A stretch of DNA of 64,000 nt from the human T2T-CHM13v2.0 reference genome, Homo sapiens: assembly GCF_009914755.1 (NCBI RefSeq), contig NC_060936.1; one strand, given 5' to 3'. Position 1 is the first letter of the stretch, and the number at the start of each line of letters is the position of its first letter. This document shows, piece by piece, positions 1 to 12,980 of this stretch. The translations under genes and the position numbers were made by a program. The notes under the pieces are model-generated. The model searched no databases. It was given only the letters and a program-made list of their open reading frames with translations, and was not told the origin of the DNA.

Positions 1-2362
1 GGTCAGATAATTAATGGAGTTTCAGGTCAGGTCTGACTTACAGTGGGTCCAGAGGGTCCCCAGACTAATCCTGTGGTCATTTCCCCAGTGCCAGAATGCA
101 TAATTAGCATAGACATACTTAGCAGCTGGCAGAACCCCCACATCGGCTCCCTGACTGGTAGGGTGAGAGCTACTATGGTGGGAAAGGTCAAATGGAAGCC
201 ATTAGAGCTGGCTCTACCTAGAAAAATAGTAAATCAGAAACAATATCGCATCCCTGGAGGGTGTGCAGAGATTAGTGCCACCATCAAGGACTGAAAGACA
301 CAGGGGTGGTGATTCCCACCACATCCCTCTTCAACTCTCCCATTTGGACTGTGCAGAAGACAGATGGATCTTGGAGAATAACAGGGGATTACTGTAAGCT
401 TAACCAAGTGGTAACTTCAATTGCAGCTTCTGTACCAGATGTGGTTTCATTGCTTGAGCAAATTAACACATCTCCTGGTACCTGGTATGCAGCCACTGAC
501 TTGGCAAATGCCTTTTCCTCCATTCCTGTCCATTAGGCCCACCAGAAGCAATTTCCCTTCAGCTGGCAAGGCCATTAATACACTTTTACTGTCCTCCCTC
601 AGGGTTATATCAACTCTCCAGCTTTGTGTCATAATCTTATTTGGAGAGACCTTGATCGTTTTTCGCTTCCACAAGATATCACACTGGTCCATTACATTGA
701 TGACATTATGCTGACTGGATCCAGTGAGCAAGAAGTAGCAAACACACCAGACTTATGGGTGAGACATTTGCATGCCAGGGGATGGGAAAAAAATCTGACT
801 AAAATTCAGGGAACTTCTACCTCAGTAAAATTTCTAGGGGTCCAGTGCTGTGGGGCCTGTCAAGATATTCCTTCTAAGGTGAAGGATCAGCTGCTGCATT
901 TAGCCCCTTTTACAACCAAGAAAGAGGCACAACACATAGTGGGCCTATTTGGATTTTGGAGGCAACACATTTCTCATTTGGATGTGTTACTCCGGCCCGT
1001 TTATCAAGTGATATGAAAGGCTGCCAGTTTTGAGTGGGATCCAGAATAGGAGAAGGCTCTGCAACAGGTCCAGGCTGCTGTGCAAGCTATTCTGTCACTT
1101 GGGTCACATGACCCAGCAGATCCAATGGTGCTTGAGGTGTCAGTCACAGATAGGGATGCTGTTTGGAGCCTCTGGCAAGTGAATCACAGCGCAGGCCTCT
1201 AGGATATTGGAGCAAGGCCCTGCCATCTTCTGCAGATAACTGCTCTCCTTTTGAGAGACAGCTCTTGGCCTGTTACAGGACTTTGATGGAAACTGAACGT
1301 TTGACTATGGGTCATAAAGTCACCATGGCACCTGAACTGCCTATAATGAACTGGGTGCCTTCTGACCCATCTAACCATAAAGTGGGTCATGAACAGCAGC
1401 ATTCCATCATCAAACGTAAGTGGTATATATGTGATTGGGCTCAAGCAGGTCCTGAAAGCACAAGTAAGTTACATGAGAAAGTGGCTCAAATGCTCATGGT
1501 CTTCATTCCTGCCACCCTGCCGTCTCTTCCCCAGTCTACACCAATGGTCTCGTGGGGAGCTCCCTATGATCAGTTGACAGAGGAAGAGAAGACTCAGGCC
1601 TGGTTCACAGATGGGTCTGCACAATACGCAGGCACCACCCAAAAGTGGACAGCTGCAGCAGCACTACAGCCCCTTTCTAGGACATCCCTAAGGACAGCAG
1701 TGAAGGGAAATCTTCCCAGTGGGCACTTCGAGTAGTGCACCTGGTTGTGCACTTTGCAAGCAAGGAGAAATGGCCAGATATGCAATTATATACTGATTCA
1801 CGGGCTGTAGCCAATGGTTTGGTTGGATGGTCAGGGACTTGGAAGAAGCATGATTGGAAAATTGGTGACAAACAAATCTGGGGAAGAGGTATGTAGATGG
1901 ACCTCTCTGAGTGGTCAAAAACTGTGAAGATATTTGTATCCCATGTGAGTGTTCACCAGCGGGTGACCTCAGCAGTGGAGTGGACAGGATGACCTATTCT
2001 GTGGACACTACTCAACCTCTTTCCCCAGCCACCCCTGTCATTGCTCAATGGGCCCATGAACAAAGTGGCCATGGTGGCAGGGATGGAGGTTACACATGGG
2101 CTTAGCAACATGGACTTCCACTCACCAAGGCTGACCTGGCTACAGCCACTGCTGACTTCCCAATTTGCCAGCAGCAGAGACCAACACTGAGCCCTAAATA
2201 TGGCACCATTCCTGGGGGTGATCAACCAGCTACATGATGGCAGGTTGATTATTTTGGACCTCTTCCATCATGGAAAGGGCAGAGGTTTGTCCTCACTAGA
2301 ACAGACACTTACTCAGGGTATGGGTTTTCCTATCCTGTACGCAATGCTTCTGCCAAGACTAC
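1..2362 (+). mobile_element. HERV-L internal region, decayed pol (protease C-terminus, reverse transcriptase, RNase H, integrase N-terminus)
   Basis: ORF fragments carry [33 protein letters not shown] and HEQSGHGG motifs, broken by stops and frameshifts. The element starts before the window. Confidence 0.93.
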
Positions 2363-4671
2363 TGTATTAGTCCATTTTCACACTGCTGATAAAGATATAC
2401 CTCAGACTGGGAAGAAAAAGAGGTTTAATTAGACTTACAGTTCCACATGGATGGGGAGGCCCAAGAATCATGGAGGGAGGCACTTCTTACATGGCAGTGG
2501 CAAGAGGGCAAGAGAGAAAGAGGAAGAAGCAAAAGCAGAAACCCCTGATAAACCCATCAGATCTCATGAGACTTATTCACTATCATGAGAATAGCATGGG
2601 AAAGAACAGGCCCCATGATTCAATTACCCACCCTGTGTCCCTCCCACAACACATGGGAATTCTGGGAGATACAATTCAAGTTGAGATTTGCAGGGGGACA
2701 CAGCCAAACCATATCATTCCACCTCTGGCTCTTCCAAATCTCATGTCCTCACATTTCAAAACCAATCATGCCTTCCCAACAGAGTCTTAACTCATTTCAG
2801 AATTAACCCAAAAGTCCACAATCATGCCTTCCCTCCAAAGTCTTAACTCATTTCAGAATTAACCCAAAAGTCCACAGTCCAAAGTCTCATCTGAGATAAG
2901 GCAAGTCCCTTCTGCCTATGAGCCTGTAAAATCAAAAGCATGCTAGTTACTTCCGAGATAAAATGGGGGTACAGGTATTTGGTAAATACAGCCATTCCAC
3001 ATGGGAGAAATTGACCAAAACAAAGGGGTTACAGGGCCAATGCACATCTGAAATCAAGCAGGGCAGTAAAATTTTAAAGCTCCAAAATGATCTCCTTTGA
3101 CTCTGGGTCACGCTGATGCAAGATGTTGGTTCCCATGGTCTTGGGCAGCTGCACCCCTGTGGCTTTGCAGGGTACAGCCTCCCTCCTGGCTGCTTTCATG
3201 GACTGGCACTGAGTGTCTGCAGCTTTTCCAGGCACACAGCGCAAGCTGTCAGTGGATCTACTATTCTGGGTTCTGGAGGAGGGTGGCCCTCTTCTCATAG
3301 CTCCACTAGGCAGTGCCCCAGTAGGGACTCTGTGTGGAAGCTTCAACCCCACATTTCCCCTGCACACTGCCCTAGCAGAGGTTCTCCATGAGGGCCCCAC
3401 CCCTGCAGCAAACTTTCGCCTGCACATCCAGGCGTTTCCATACATCTTCTGAAATCTAGGCAGAGGTTCCCAAACCTCAATTCTTGACTTCTGTGCACCT
3501 GCAGGCTCAACACTACATGGAAGCTGCCAAGGCTTGGGGCTTCCGTCCTCTGAAGCCACAGCCTGAGCTGTATGTTGGCCCCTTTCAGCCACAGCTGGAG
3601 CGGCTGGAACACAGGGCAGCAAGTCCCTAGGCTGCACACAACACAGGGACCCTGGGCCCAGCCCATGAAACCATTTTTTCCTCCTGGGCCTCTGGGTCTG
3701 TGATGGGAGAAGCTGCTGTGAAGGTCCCTGACATGGCCTGGAGACATTTTCCCCATGGTCTTGGGGATTAACATTAGGCTCCTTGCTACTTATGCAAATT
3801 TCTGCAGCCAGCTTGAATTTCTCCCCAGAAAAATGGGTTTTTCTTTTCTATCATATAGTCAGGCTGCAAATTTTCCAAACTTTTATGTTCTGCTTCCCTT
3901 ATAAAACTGAATGCTTTTAACAGCACCCAAGTCGCCTCTTGAATGCTTTGCTGCTTAGAAATTTCTTCTGCCAGATACCCTAAACCATCTTTGTCAAGTT
4001 CATAGTTCTACTGATATCTAGGGCAGGGGCAAAATGCTACCAGTCTCTTTGCTAAAACATAACAAGAGTCACCTTCACACCAGTTCCCAACAAGTTCCTC
4101 CCCTCCATCTGAGACCACCTCAGCCTGGACCTTATTGTCCATATTGCTATCAGCATTTTGAGCAAAGCCATTCAACAAGTCTCTAAGAAGTTCCAAACTT
4201 TCCCACATTTTCCTTCTTCTGAGCCCTCCAAACTGTTCCAACCTCCACCTGTTACCCAGTTCCAATGTTGCTTCCACATTTTTGGGGTATCTTTTCAGCA
4301 ATGCCCCACTCTATTGGTACCAATTTACTGTAATAGTCCATTTTCATGCTGCTGATAGAGACATACCCGAGACTGGGAAGAAAAAGGACTTACAGTTACA
4401 CATGGCTGGGAGGCCTCAGAATCATGGTGGGAGGGGAAAGGCACTTCTTACATGGTGGCAGCAAGAGAGAATGAGGAAGAAGCAAAAGTGGAAACCCCTG
4501 ATAAACCCATCAGATCTCGTGAGACTTATTCACTATCACAAGAATAGCATGGGAAAGAACAGCCCCCATGATTGAATTACCTCCCCCTGGGTACCTGCCA
4601 CAACATGTGGAAATTCTGGGAGATACAATTCAAGTTGAGTTTTGGCAGGGGGACACAGCCAAACCATATCA
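2363..4671 (-). mobile_element. Complete THE1 (ERVL-MaLR, THE1C-like) element: LTR 4329-4671, internal region 2717-4328, LTR 2363-2716
   Basis: Two ~350-bp direct repeats with TG...CA ends flank a ~1.6-kb internal region. 5-bp target-site duplication (TSD) ACTAC at 2358-2362 and 4672-4676. Confidence 0.95.
2765..2876. repeat. ~56-bp tandem duplication inside the THE1 internal region
   Basis: atcatgccttccc...gtcttaactcatttcagaattaacccaaaagtccaca occurs twice, head to tail. Confidence 0.9.
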
Positions 4672-5903
4672 ACTACCATCCGTGGACTCATAGAATGTCT
4701 TATCCACTATCATGGTATTCCATACAGCATTGCATCTGACCAAGGCACTCACTTTACAGCTAAAGAAGTGTGGCAGTGGACTCATGCTCATGGAATTCAC
4801 TGGTCTTACCATGTTCCCCATCATCCTGAAGCAGCTGGATTGACAGAATGGTGGAATGGCCTTTTGAAGTCACAATTGCAACACCAACTAGGTGACAATA
4901 CTTTGCTGGGCTGGGACAAAGTTCCCCAGAAGGCCATGTATGCTCTGAATCACCATCCAATATATGGTACTGTTTCTCCCATAGCCAGGATTCACGGGTC
5001 CAAGAATCAAGGCACTGAAGTGGAAGTGGCACCACTCACCATCGCCCCTAGTGATCCACTAGCAAAATTTTTGCTTCCTGTTCCCACAGCATTACGTTCT
5101 GCTGGCCTAGAGATCTTAGTTTCAGAGGGAGGAATGCTGCCACCAGGAGACACAACAACAATTCCATTAAACTGGAAGTTAAGATTGCCACCTGGACACT
5201 TTGGGCTCCTCCTACCTTTAAGTCAACAGGCTAAGGAGGGAATTACAGTGTTGGCTGGGGTGATTGACCCAGACCATCAAGATGAAATCAGTCTACTACT
5301 CCACAACAGAGGTAAGGAAGAGTGTACATGCAATACAGGAGATTCGTTAGGGCATCTCTTAGTATTATCATGCCCTGTGATTAAGGTCAATGGGAAACCA
5401 CAACAGCCCAATCCAGGCAGGAATACAAATGGCCCAGACCCCTCAGGAATGGTTTGGGTCACTCCACCAGGAAGAAAACCACGACCTGCTGAGGTGCTTC
5501 CTGAAGGCAAAGGGAATACAGAATGTTTAGTGAAGAAGGTAGTCATCAACACCAGCTACGACCACATGACCAGCTGCAGAAACGAGGACTGCCAATTGTC
5601 ATGAGTATTTCCTTCTTTTGTTAAAAACATGTTTGTGCATGTATACACTTGCACTAAGAAATATCTTCATTTTATTTCCTTTTTCCTTTATCAAGTGACA
5701 TAAGATTTATTGACCTCATATCAGCATTTAGGTATTGTTAACTTTATGTAATAGTATTTGGATTGGGGATGAGTGCATTTCCGGTTGTACGAAGGATAGT
5801 TGTATTACGTTAGGTGTAATTATGACCTTATTATTGCTTTTATTTGAAGATTATGTATGATCTCAGGAGATGTGTATGGGTTCAAGTTGACAATGGGTGG
5901 ATT
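4672..5903 (+). mobile_element. HERV-L internal region, continued: integrase core/C-terminus, dUTPase and 3' non-coding region (no env)
   Basis: ORF 4642..5604 contains SDQGTHF, YHVPHHPEAAGLTE and dUTPase-like LRLPPGHFGLL and GVIDPD. Purine-rich PPT-like tract just before the LTR. Confidence 0.92.
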
Positions 5904-6030
5904 CGTGATGGTTAATACTGAGTGTCGACTTGATTGGACTGAAAGATGCAAACTATTGATCCTGGGTGTGTCTGAGAGGGTGTTGCCAAAGGAGATTAAC
6001 ATTTGAGTCGGTGGGCTAATGCTTAATAAA

Positions 6031-6077
<47 letters not shown>

Positions 6078-6078
6078 T
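5904..6078 (+). mobile_element. MLT2A-type 3' LTR of HERV-L, internally deleted and 3'-truncated, running into (TA)n
   Basis: Starts (c)gtgatggttaatactgagtgtc..ttgattgga. After ~110 bp it jumps to cttaataaactc and (TA)n at 6034-6075. Confidence 0.85.
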
Positions 6079-7289
6079 TGATATGTATATATAAAATTTC
6101 TCTGTTTTTTAAGCTAATTCTCTCACCCACTTACTCAGCCTCGCCTCATCAGCACCGTGTTCCAGACAAATAACATAACATGGAAGGTCTGATTTTTAAA
6201 AAGTGCATTGTTATTTGGAATCTTGTAGCAAGATGAATATAGCAAAGCAAATTCAAGCAAACATAATTGCCCTGTTGAGAGGTTAAGCACTATTCTAAAA
6301 AGACTATCATGGCATAAAACCCATTCTGATTCCTTCTCCAGCACTGTGCCCTGGGTACCCAGGCAGCTTACAAGCCCCACAACACACTCTCAAATATTAG
6401 CTAGCTAACATCATCATTATCATTGTTATTCCTGAGCCTGATCACCTCCTCTATTCAGTAGACAGGACTCCAAATGACTCTGAACTCTTTTCAACCTAAA
6501 GCTGCCTCAAAAGCCAAAGATTTGCCATCCCAGAGCGCATTCTGAAGGCAGCTCTCCCAAAGCTGTCAGATGCCACTTGGAGATGGCAGCACCTTGGGAA
6601 CAAGGGTTCAACATGCAAGAATGACTCCTGTGCAAAAGGTGTTTGTGCGTGACTTTTTGGCACATTTTTCGAAAAAGCAGTCTCATGGGGTTATGGGCAC
6701 AGCTCACATTGTACCTGGGCCATCACAGATGTCTTCCACACAATCCGTCAGGATCTGGACTGCCTGCCTTATACTGCCTGCCTTATACTTGGTCCCAAAT
6801 GCTTCCAAGACAATTACCCTAATATTTAAGAAACAAACCACAGGGCAAACAGATTCAGCCGGATATGGTGAGAAGAATGCTGAAGTTAGAAGAGGCTCAC
6901 TCAGACTCAGCTATCACGTGCTGTGTGGGCTTAGGACAGTCATGACCCCTCTCTGGAGGTTCGTCTCTTCTTACATAATATGAGAAGGCTGGACTAAAGG
7001 ACCTCTAAGACGCTTTTCTTGGGTTATTAGAAACTATTGGAAATGGTGAAAAACAGAGGAGCCGCAGAATTATCCGGATAAAGTGGCAGGTGTGGGCGGT
7101 ACAGGGAAAAGAGAAAGAGAAAGCCCGGAGACCTGGGAGGAGGGCCTGGGAGAAGTTACAACAGCCTGGGGGCAGCCCCACTGAGAAATGGGACCCCCGC
7201 TGCTCCTGGGGCCAAGGCAGGCTTCTCAGCCCAAGCTAAGCAGCCTCTCCGTGGGGGGCATTTGCTTGTTTTGTTCTTTGCTGCCGACC

Positions 7290-8030
7290 AAGGGAGCTGT
7301 TGAAAGCACGGGGCGGGAGCCGCCTCAGCGCCCGTCAGCACTCTGCCCGCGGGCTGGGGTCCTTACCCATCGTGTTGTTGGCTCGGGAGCAGGCTGTGCG
7401 CTTCAGGATCTCGTGCACCTAAAAGGGGACGACAGCAGAGCTGTGAGCTCCTAGTTCCCCCCCGCCCTCCACCGTGTGTCACCCTCACCACTGCCTGGCA
7501 GGGGCGGGAGGCGCCCGGGCTCATTTGGAGCCAGGACGAAGCCAAGCATGTGCCTGGCTCATGGCCCGCACATCAACCCCACTCAGACTTGAGGACTTTG
7601 AGGAAACAAGGGATGTAAGGCCCGCGCACACATCCCCCGCCCCTTCGCCCCACCCTGAGAAAAACAAATGAATAAAAGGCTAGAAATGGACGGCAGTCAC
7701 AGGAAGTAAGGAAAACAGAGGAGCCCACCCCAGACCACATAGCCTCGGGAGGGCTGGGAGGAAGCCCTGGGTCTGTGGAGTAGGGCACAGTGTCTGCCGC
7801 CCACGTCGGGGAACCTCAGGGAAGGCGGGGTTCTGTCTGGCGGGTCCCGGGGAGGGGCGGGCCCCCTCCCCCAGCCTGGAGCCCGGCTGACAGGGAGAGC
7901 CAGTGTGGTAGCAGAAAGCTCCGAACGTGGAGGTAGGTGCAGAGGGTCCTGAGCAAACGCCAAGAGGGTCAGCTTGCATCTGTAATGGGGCCATCTCGCC
8001 CACCTGCTCGGGGACGCCAGCCAGACCGTG
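7290..8030. promoter_or_regulatory. Intragenic GC/CpG-rich patch around the 52-nt ANO2 exon, with GC boxes
   Basis: CpG density visibly above the background of the window; ggggcggg at ~7310, 7501 and 7854. Confidence 0.45.
7367..7418 (-). CDS. ANO2: Anoctamin-2 coding exon, 52 nt: VHEILKRTACSRANNTM(G)
   Basis: ccccttttag|GTGCACGAG...ACGATGG|gtaagg. Continues the frame of the previous exon; the next exon is left of the window. Confidence 0.95.
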
Positions 8031-10032
8031 CACAGGAAAGTGCTCTGCAACAGCAAAGGAGCTACCTCTATGTTGGTCATTGATGTCTTTATTTCTCTGG
8101 TTTTTTCCTGGGTCCTCATCTTGCCTCCCTGATCAGAGCATATCATACACTTCCTTGAAGATTCATGTCTTAGAGCACAGTCCTAGGCACACAGCAGCTG
8201 CCGACTCAGTGGCTTTGCCTGCCTGAAGCCCTACATGCCCAAAACAGCCTACAGAATCCCCTGGCCTATGGGGCCTGCAGGGGACTGTGTTTCTTACATG
8301 GGAGGAAAGGGGTGCTTCCCACAAAAGAATCAGGGAGGGACAAAGGTGGGTCAGTGTAAACCTGCTGGCCAACGAGTGACCTCCTGAGTTCCCAGCCTAT
8401 GCCAGTCTATAAAGAGATGCCCAGCAATGAAGTCTGCTTTGCAACAAACAGCTGAGGTGCTCAGACACCCACAAAGAAGCAGGCACAGAGGAGACATCCA
8501 CAGATGTGGGTGAGGTCCTCCAACCAAAGTCCAGGGCAGAATAGACCCCAGGAAAAAACTCAAGGCTCTTTTCCCCTGTTCTCAATGTGGGGTGGACTGA
8601 GGAAAGGAAGATGCTTCCAGAAGGAGAGATGAATGCTAGAAGAAGTGTTATTCCATCATTATTTACATTCCCATATTCCAGCCACAGCCTAAAGGGAGTG
8701 GTAAATAAATAACTACGGGGCCCAAGAGTGTTTAATTCTGCTCCTAATATAGTGCAGTAATTCAACAGCAATAATAATTAGGAACAGCACTTATATGGCA
8801 TTGTATTATTTTACGAGTACTTTGCAATTATCGAGTAATCTCCACAACACCTTATAACTCCCCCACAGTCGTGGGACCCAAGCCACAGTGAGATTTAATT
8901 GGTTTGTAATAGCATCAACCAAGAAAATGGGACGTTAATGCCTTTTTCCATTGGAAAAAAAAAGAGATCTATGCCCATTTTAACTCTGCCTAAAACACTA
9001 GGCTAAGCGATCTGAGATGTCCTTGCCCATCCTGCAAGTAAGAGTTAACGCCATGTTTGCAGTGTGCCTGGGAAATAGCCTAGCCTCCTCTAATCACCTG
9101 TCCCTTCTTATTCATATATTTTCTTACCACCCTATTAGCTGGGAGATCCTTCTAGGTATCTAATCCTCATTCCTCCTGTGGAAACTTCAGTTCTTTGGTA
9201 AGGATCAATGGAAATGCACTTCCATACGTCCCATGTGGGCATGTGTAAGTTTCTGGCATTCCTTGGGCCCCTCTTTCTCTCTTCTGCCCATAGGCTATGT
9301 GACCTCTAGGGTGATAGAGAATAAACTGATCGGTGAATGAAGATGTTCTACAGCTCATGCAGAGGCCACAGAAACACAGGCCATATGCAGATTTTTATTA
9401 GAACCAATCATCCTACAAAATTCAAACACTTGACATGAAGGCAAAACGACTGTAGAAGAAGAGCTACGGTCACAAGCGTTGGCTTTCTATTGAATGGGCT
9501 GGTGATATTATTCTTGCGCAAATTGGCTAACTAGCATTCCTTGTTATAGAAATTCACATGACTCTGTCATGGGAGTTGAAAGAAGGGAAAATGCATAAAC
9601 AAACACAGTGGCCCAACAATCAGAAGGACTAGTTCTAACGCTAACGATCCTTGTTCTGACGCTAACGATCTATATAATTTTTTTTCAATGCATTGCTTCT
9701 CAGAGCCTCAGTTTCCTCAATTGTAAATCAAGGGGTTCACCTAACTAACACCCGCACCAACTATGACCTTCTCTGTTTTTCTTTTTTTTCTAAGAAGAAC
9801 TTTAATGGAGAACCCATAAAGAGAAGACGCTCCTCTTAAACCACGAGTGAGGGCAGTTATTTGCTGTTTCTTTTGGGGAATGGGGAAGCTCTTGCATACT
9901 CTTCTCTGTTGCTAGGCAACTCCAAGCAAATAACGGTGTGAGGTGGCAGGGAGGGTAAGAGAATGCCCTGCCAACTAGGAACTCAGCCCTTTCCCCATCC
10001 TCTTTCCTAACACAGTACATCCATTTACTTAC

Positions 10033-10087
10033 AATGCGGCTGCGGGTGGCATTATCAAAGAAGGTGTCCTTTTCCTGGATGTTGTAC
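10033..10087 (-). CDS. ANO2: Anoctamin-2 coding exon, 55 nt: (L)YNIQEKDTFFDNATRSRI
   Basis: gtgtctccag|GTACAACATC...AGCCGCATT|gtaagt. Phase 2 to 0; anoctamin FFxxxTRSRI motif. Confidence 0.96.
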
Positions 10088-12049
10088 CTGGAGACACCAA
10101 GAGAGCAGATGGCAAATTCATTTCATTACCCTTGCCCTGAGACCACTGCCACCCCAGACCCACAACAAATCTTTAGAAAGCAACATAGCAAGACTTATGA
10201 GGTGCACACACACACGATGTTTATGCCCTTCTTGACTCAGTAATTCTAAAAACGTATTCTAGAAATTTATCTTAGGGAAGAAACTCAACACAAGGAAAGA
10301 AAAATAACATAAATAAAAATGCTTATTGAAAAGGTATTTATAACAAAGATTATAGCAATAAGATGCAATGCCCAAATCTATAGGATAGGGTATCATGCAG
10401 TCATTGAAATTTATAATTATGAAAACTTTGTGTAAAGAAAAAGATTACACCATGTTAGAAAAATATTATATGATGATAAGGTTCCAAATGGAAAGTATGT
10501 AGAAAAGATACTGGTGCATGAACAAAGACAGTGAAAAATACAAAACAAAAAGGGTATCATTTCAGGGTGTTGGATTATCACTCTGATTCTTCAAAATTTG
10601 ATTTAATGTCACTGTCATCTCATCCATTAGAAAAATCTTAATTATGCAAGGGCTGGGTCTGTTTTTAACTTCATATACTGAGCTTTCACTCAGAAAATAG
10701 CACATGGGGCATGTTTGTCATGCTGAGGAAGCTGTGCTAGAGGATGCACTGATGAAGGAAGGAAATACGCTCCCAGCACCCCAGGAGCCCCAGTCACTGG
10801 AAGGTACATTTCTCCAAGTAACTGACACAGAGTAGAACATAGTAACATGCAGACCATTGCTATGAAAGTTCAGAGGGTGAAGCGCGTGCTTCTGGTTGGG
10901 AAGAGCAGAATATCCTTCAAAAGGAAGGTGTTGATGAACCAGTCTTGAAGGACAACAGAAGTAAAACGAACGGAGGTGCATGTGAAGTGACCATTCAGAT
11001 GCCAGCACCAGCATAAATGAAGGCCCAGGGAAGGGGATGCAGGGAAGCACCACAGGACACAGAAAGAGCAGCAAGCCACCAGTCACCATGCAAGGCCCAG
11101 CTCAGCCACTTAGGGCGGTATGACCCTGGATGGACCTAGACTTTGGTATCTATAATAGAAGATAGTTAGATCTGGCCCGCCACCTCGCAAGGGGACATGA
11201 GGACTCAATGAGAGGGTAAATATATGCAAATGAAACAGCATATTCATGTGTGTAGGATAATATCAAACACAGCAGAGATGGATAGGAGATGGTCTCTTAT
11301 GGACAGCAGAAACACTGCTCCACAACTTCCACCTCCTAAAATGAGAAGGTCCTTCTTTCTGTCCTCTCTGCCCTTCCATGCCCCGGCCTTTCCCTCTCTT
11401 GCTCCATTTTCTCATCACCCTCGATGGTTGTTTATTTTCTCCTTAGCTCCTAGAGCAAAGTTGATGCTTGGCGGCTGCATCTCCCACTTCCCAGCTGTGG
11501 CTCCCCCTTCCAAACGTTTCCAAGTGGCTATCTCTGTGAAGAGCTTTTATTCACTCTTCCTAGGCAGGGTGCAGGGACAGGGAAAGACCCCTGAGAGTCA
11601 ATGAGTGTACAAGTAGGCAGCTGGAATCCAGAAACCCAGAAGCTTCATCCACCTTCTTTCTGGTTTATCATATCCTGTTGAAACCCTATTAGACTGGCAA
11701 TTGGGCAGAAGGTTTTCCTACAGAAGATACACAGGTGTCTGACCACTTTCTCACAGAGTTCCAAAGTTTATTGTTGGCTGCTCCCTGGTTTGCCCTCCAT
11801 CCTGCAAAATGGTGAAATGGTGGATTTCCTGCTGGACAAGCACCCTTGGCTGTTTGGGACAATCTCACATGGGGAGGGGGTTCACAAAGCAGGCACAGGG
11901 ACAATGTCACCATGAGAGCATGCTTCCTACTCTCTCTCCCAGGCACTGGGGCACCCACTTTGGGAGCCCCAGGGCTGAGTCATAGAACAGTATTCAATTT
12001 TCCTTCCTATCCCTTCCCACATCTCTGCTCCAGCAGCTTCAATACTCAC

Positions 12050-12201
12050 AGGTACATCTTCTCCCTGGAGAATGGGTAGGAGAGGTTTTTCATCTTGTTG
12101 TTGCTGTGTTCTGGAACTCGGGGCTGCAGGTGCGAGCTCAGCTTCTGCAGAGCCGCGCTGAACTTCTTTGCAATGCTGCCTCCTGCTTTGATCTCGTACA
12201 T
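12050..12201 (-). CDS. ANO2: Anoctamin-2 coding exon, 152 nt: [50 protein letters not shown](L)
   Basis: cttcctttcatag|ATGTACGAG...ATGTACCT|gtgagt. Contains the LSYPFSREK motif shared with ANO1. Phase 0 start, phase 2 end, compatible with the next exon. Confidence 0.97.
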
Positions 12202-12980
12202 CTATGAAAGGAAGAGCCACAGGTCTGAAAAGGGGGCCACTTCCAGCAGAGAGGAATGGCTTCACAAAAAAAAGCTGCATGGACACAGATTCCCAGAGGT
12301 GAACATTGGAGAGAGGAAGAGACTGGGAGAAACAAGAAGGAGGGCCTTTCCCTTTTCCCCAGTGCTCTCACAAGGACCTGGACTCCTGACTCCTCTCAAT
12401 CCTTTGAGCTCATGGAGGTGAGCAGTGTAGAGAAATAAGTGAGGAGTACAAACTTTCTATATGACTCGATATCATCTTAGAAAAACTGCACACCTACAAT
12501 GTGACCCTAGTAGGTGCTTGACACAAATTAACTCCAATGCTTACAGCAACCCTGCTGGGTAGGTAATACTATTTCCATATGATGAGGCAATTAAGGCTCA
12601 GAGAGGTGAGGCGAATTAACAAAGGCCACATAGATAGGAACTGGGTGACAGAGCTTGGATTTAACTCATGTCAACCTAATCCAAAGTCTATACTCTAAAA
12701 CTGCGCCACGCTTCTATGTGATCATCCAGCATCCCGTTCTTTATGTTTTTCTTAGGAAATATCTGTGTTTAAATGAGTTTGCTTTCAAAGTATTAAACAT
12801 TTAATGAGTACCTGCCTTGAGTAAGGCATAGATTTAGTACCAAGGTAATTGTTAATATTTATAGTGCATACTGTTTTTTTTATAATGCATAGCATGCTTT
12901 GCACACATTATAGCTTTGGATCTTTATAACCTGCAAATGGAGTCATTGAGACACAGAAGTTGTATTTCTCATAGCAAAGC

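Noticed and set aside
3074-3774. 187-aa and 143-aa minus-strand ORFs
   Set aside because: Remnants of the THE1 internal region, not a host gene.
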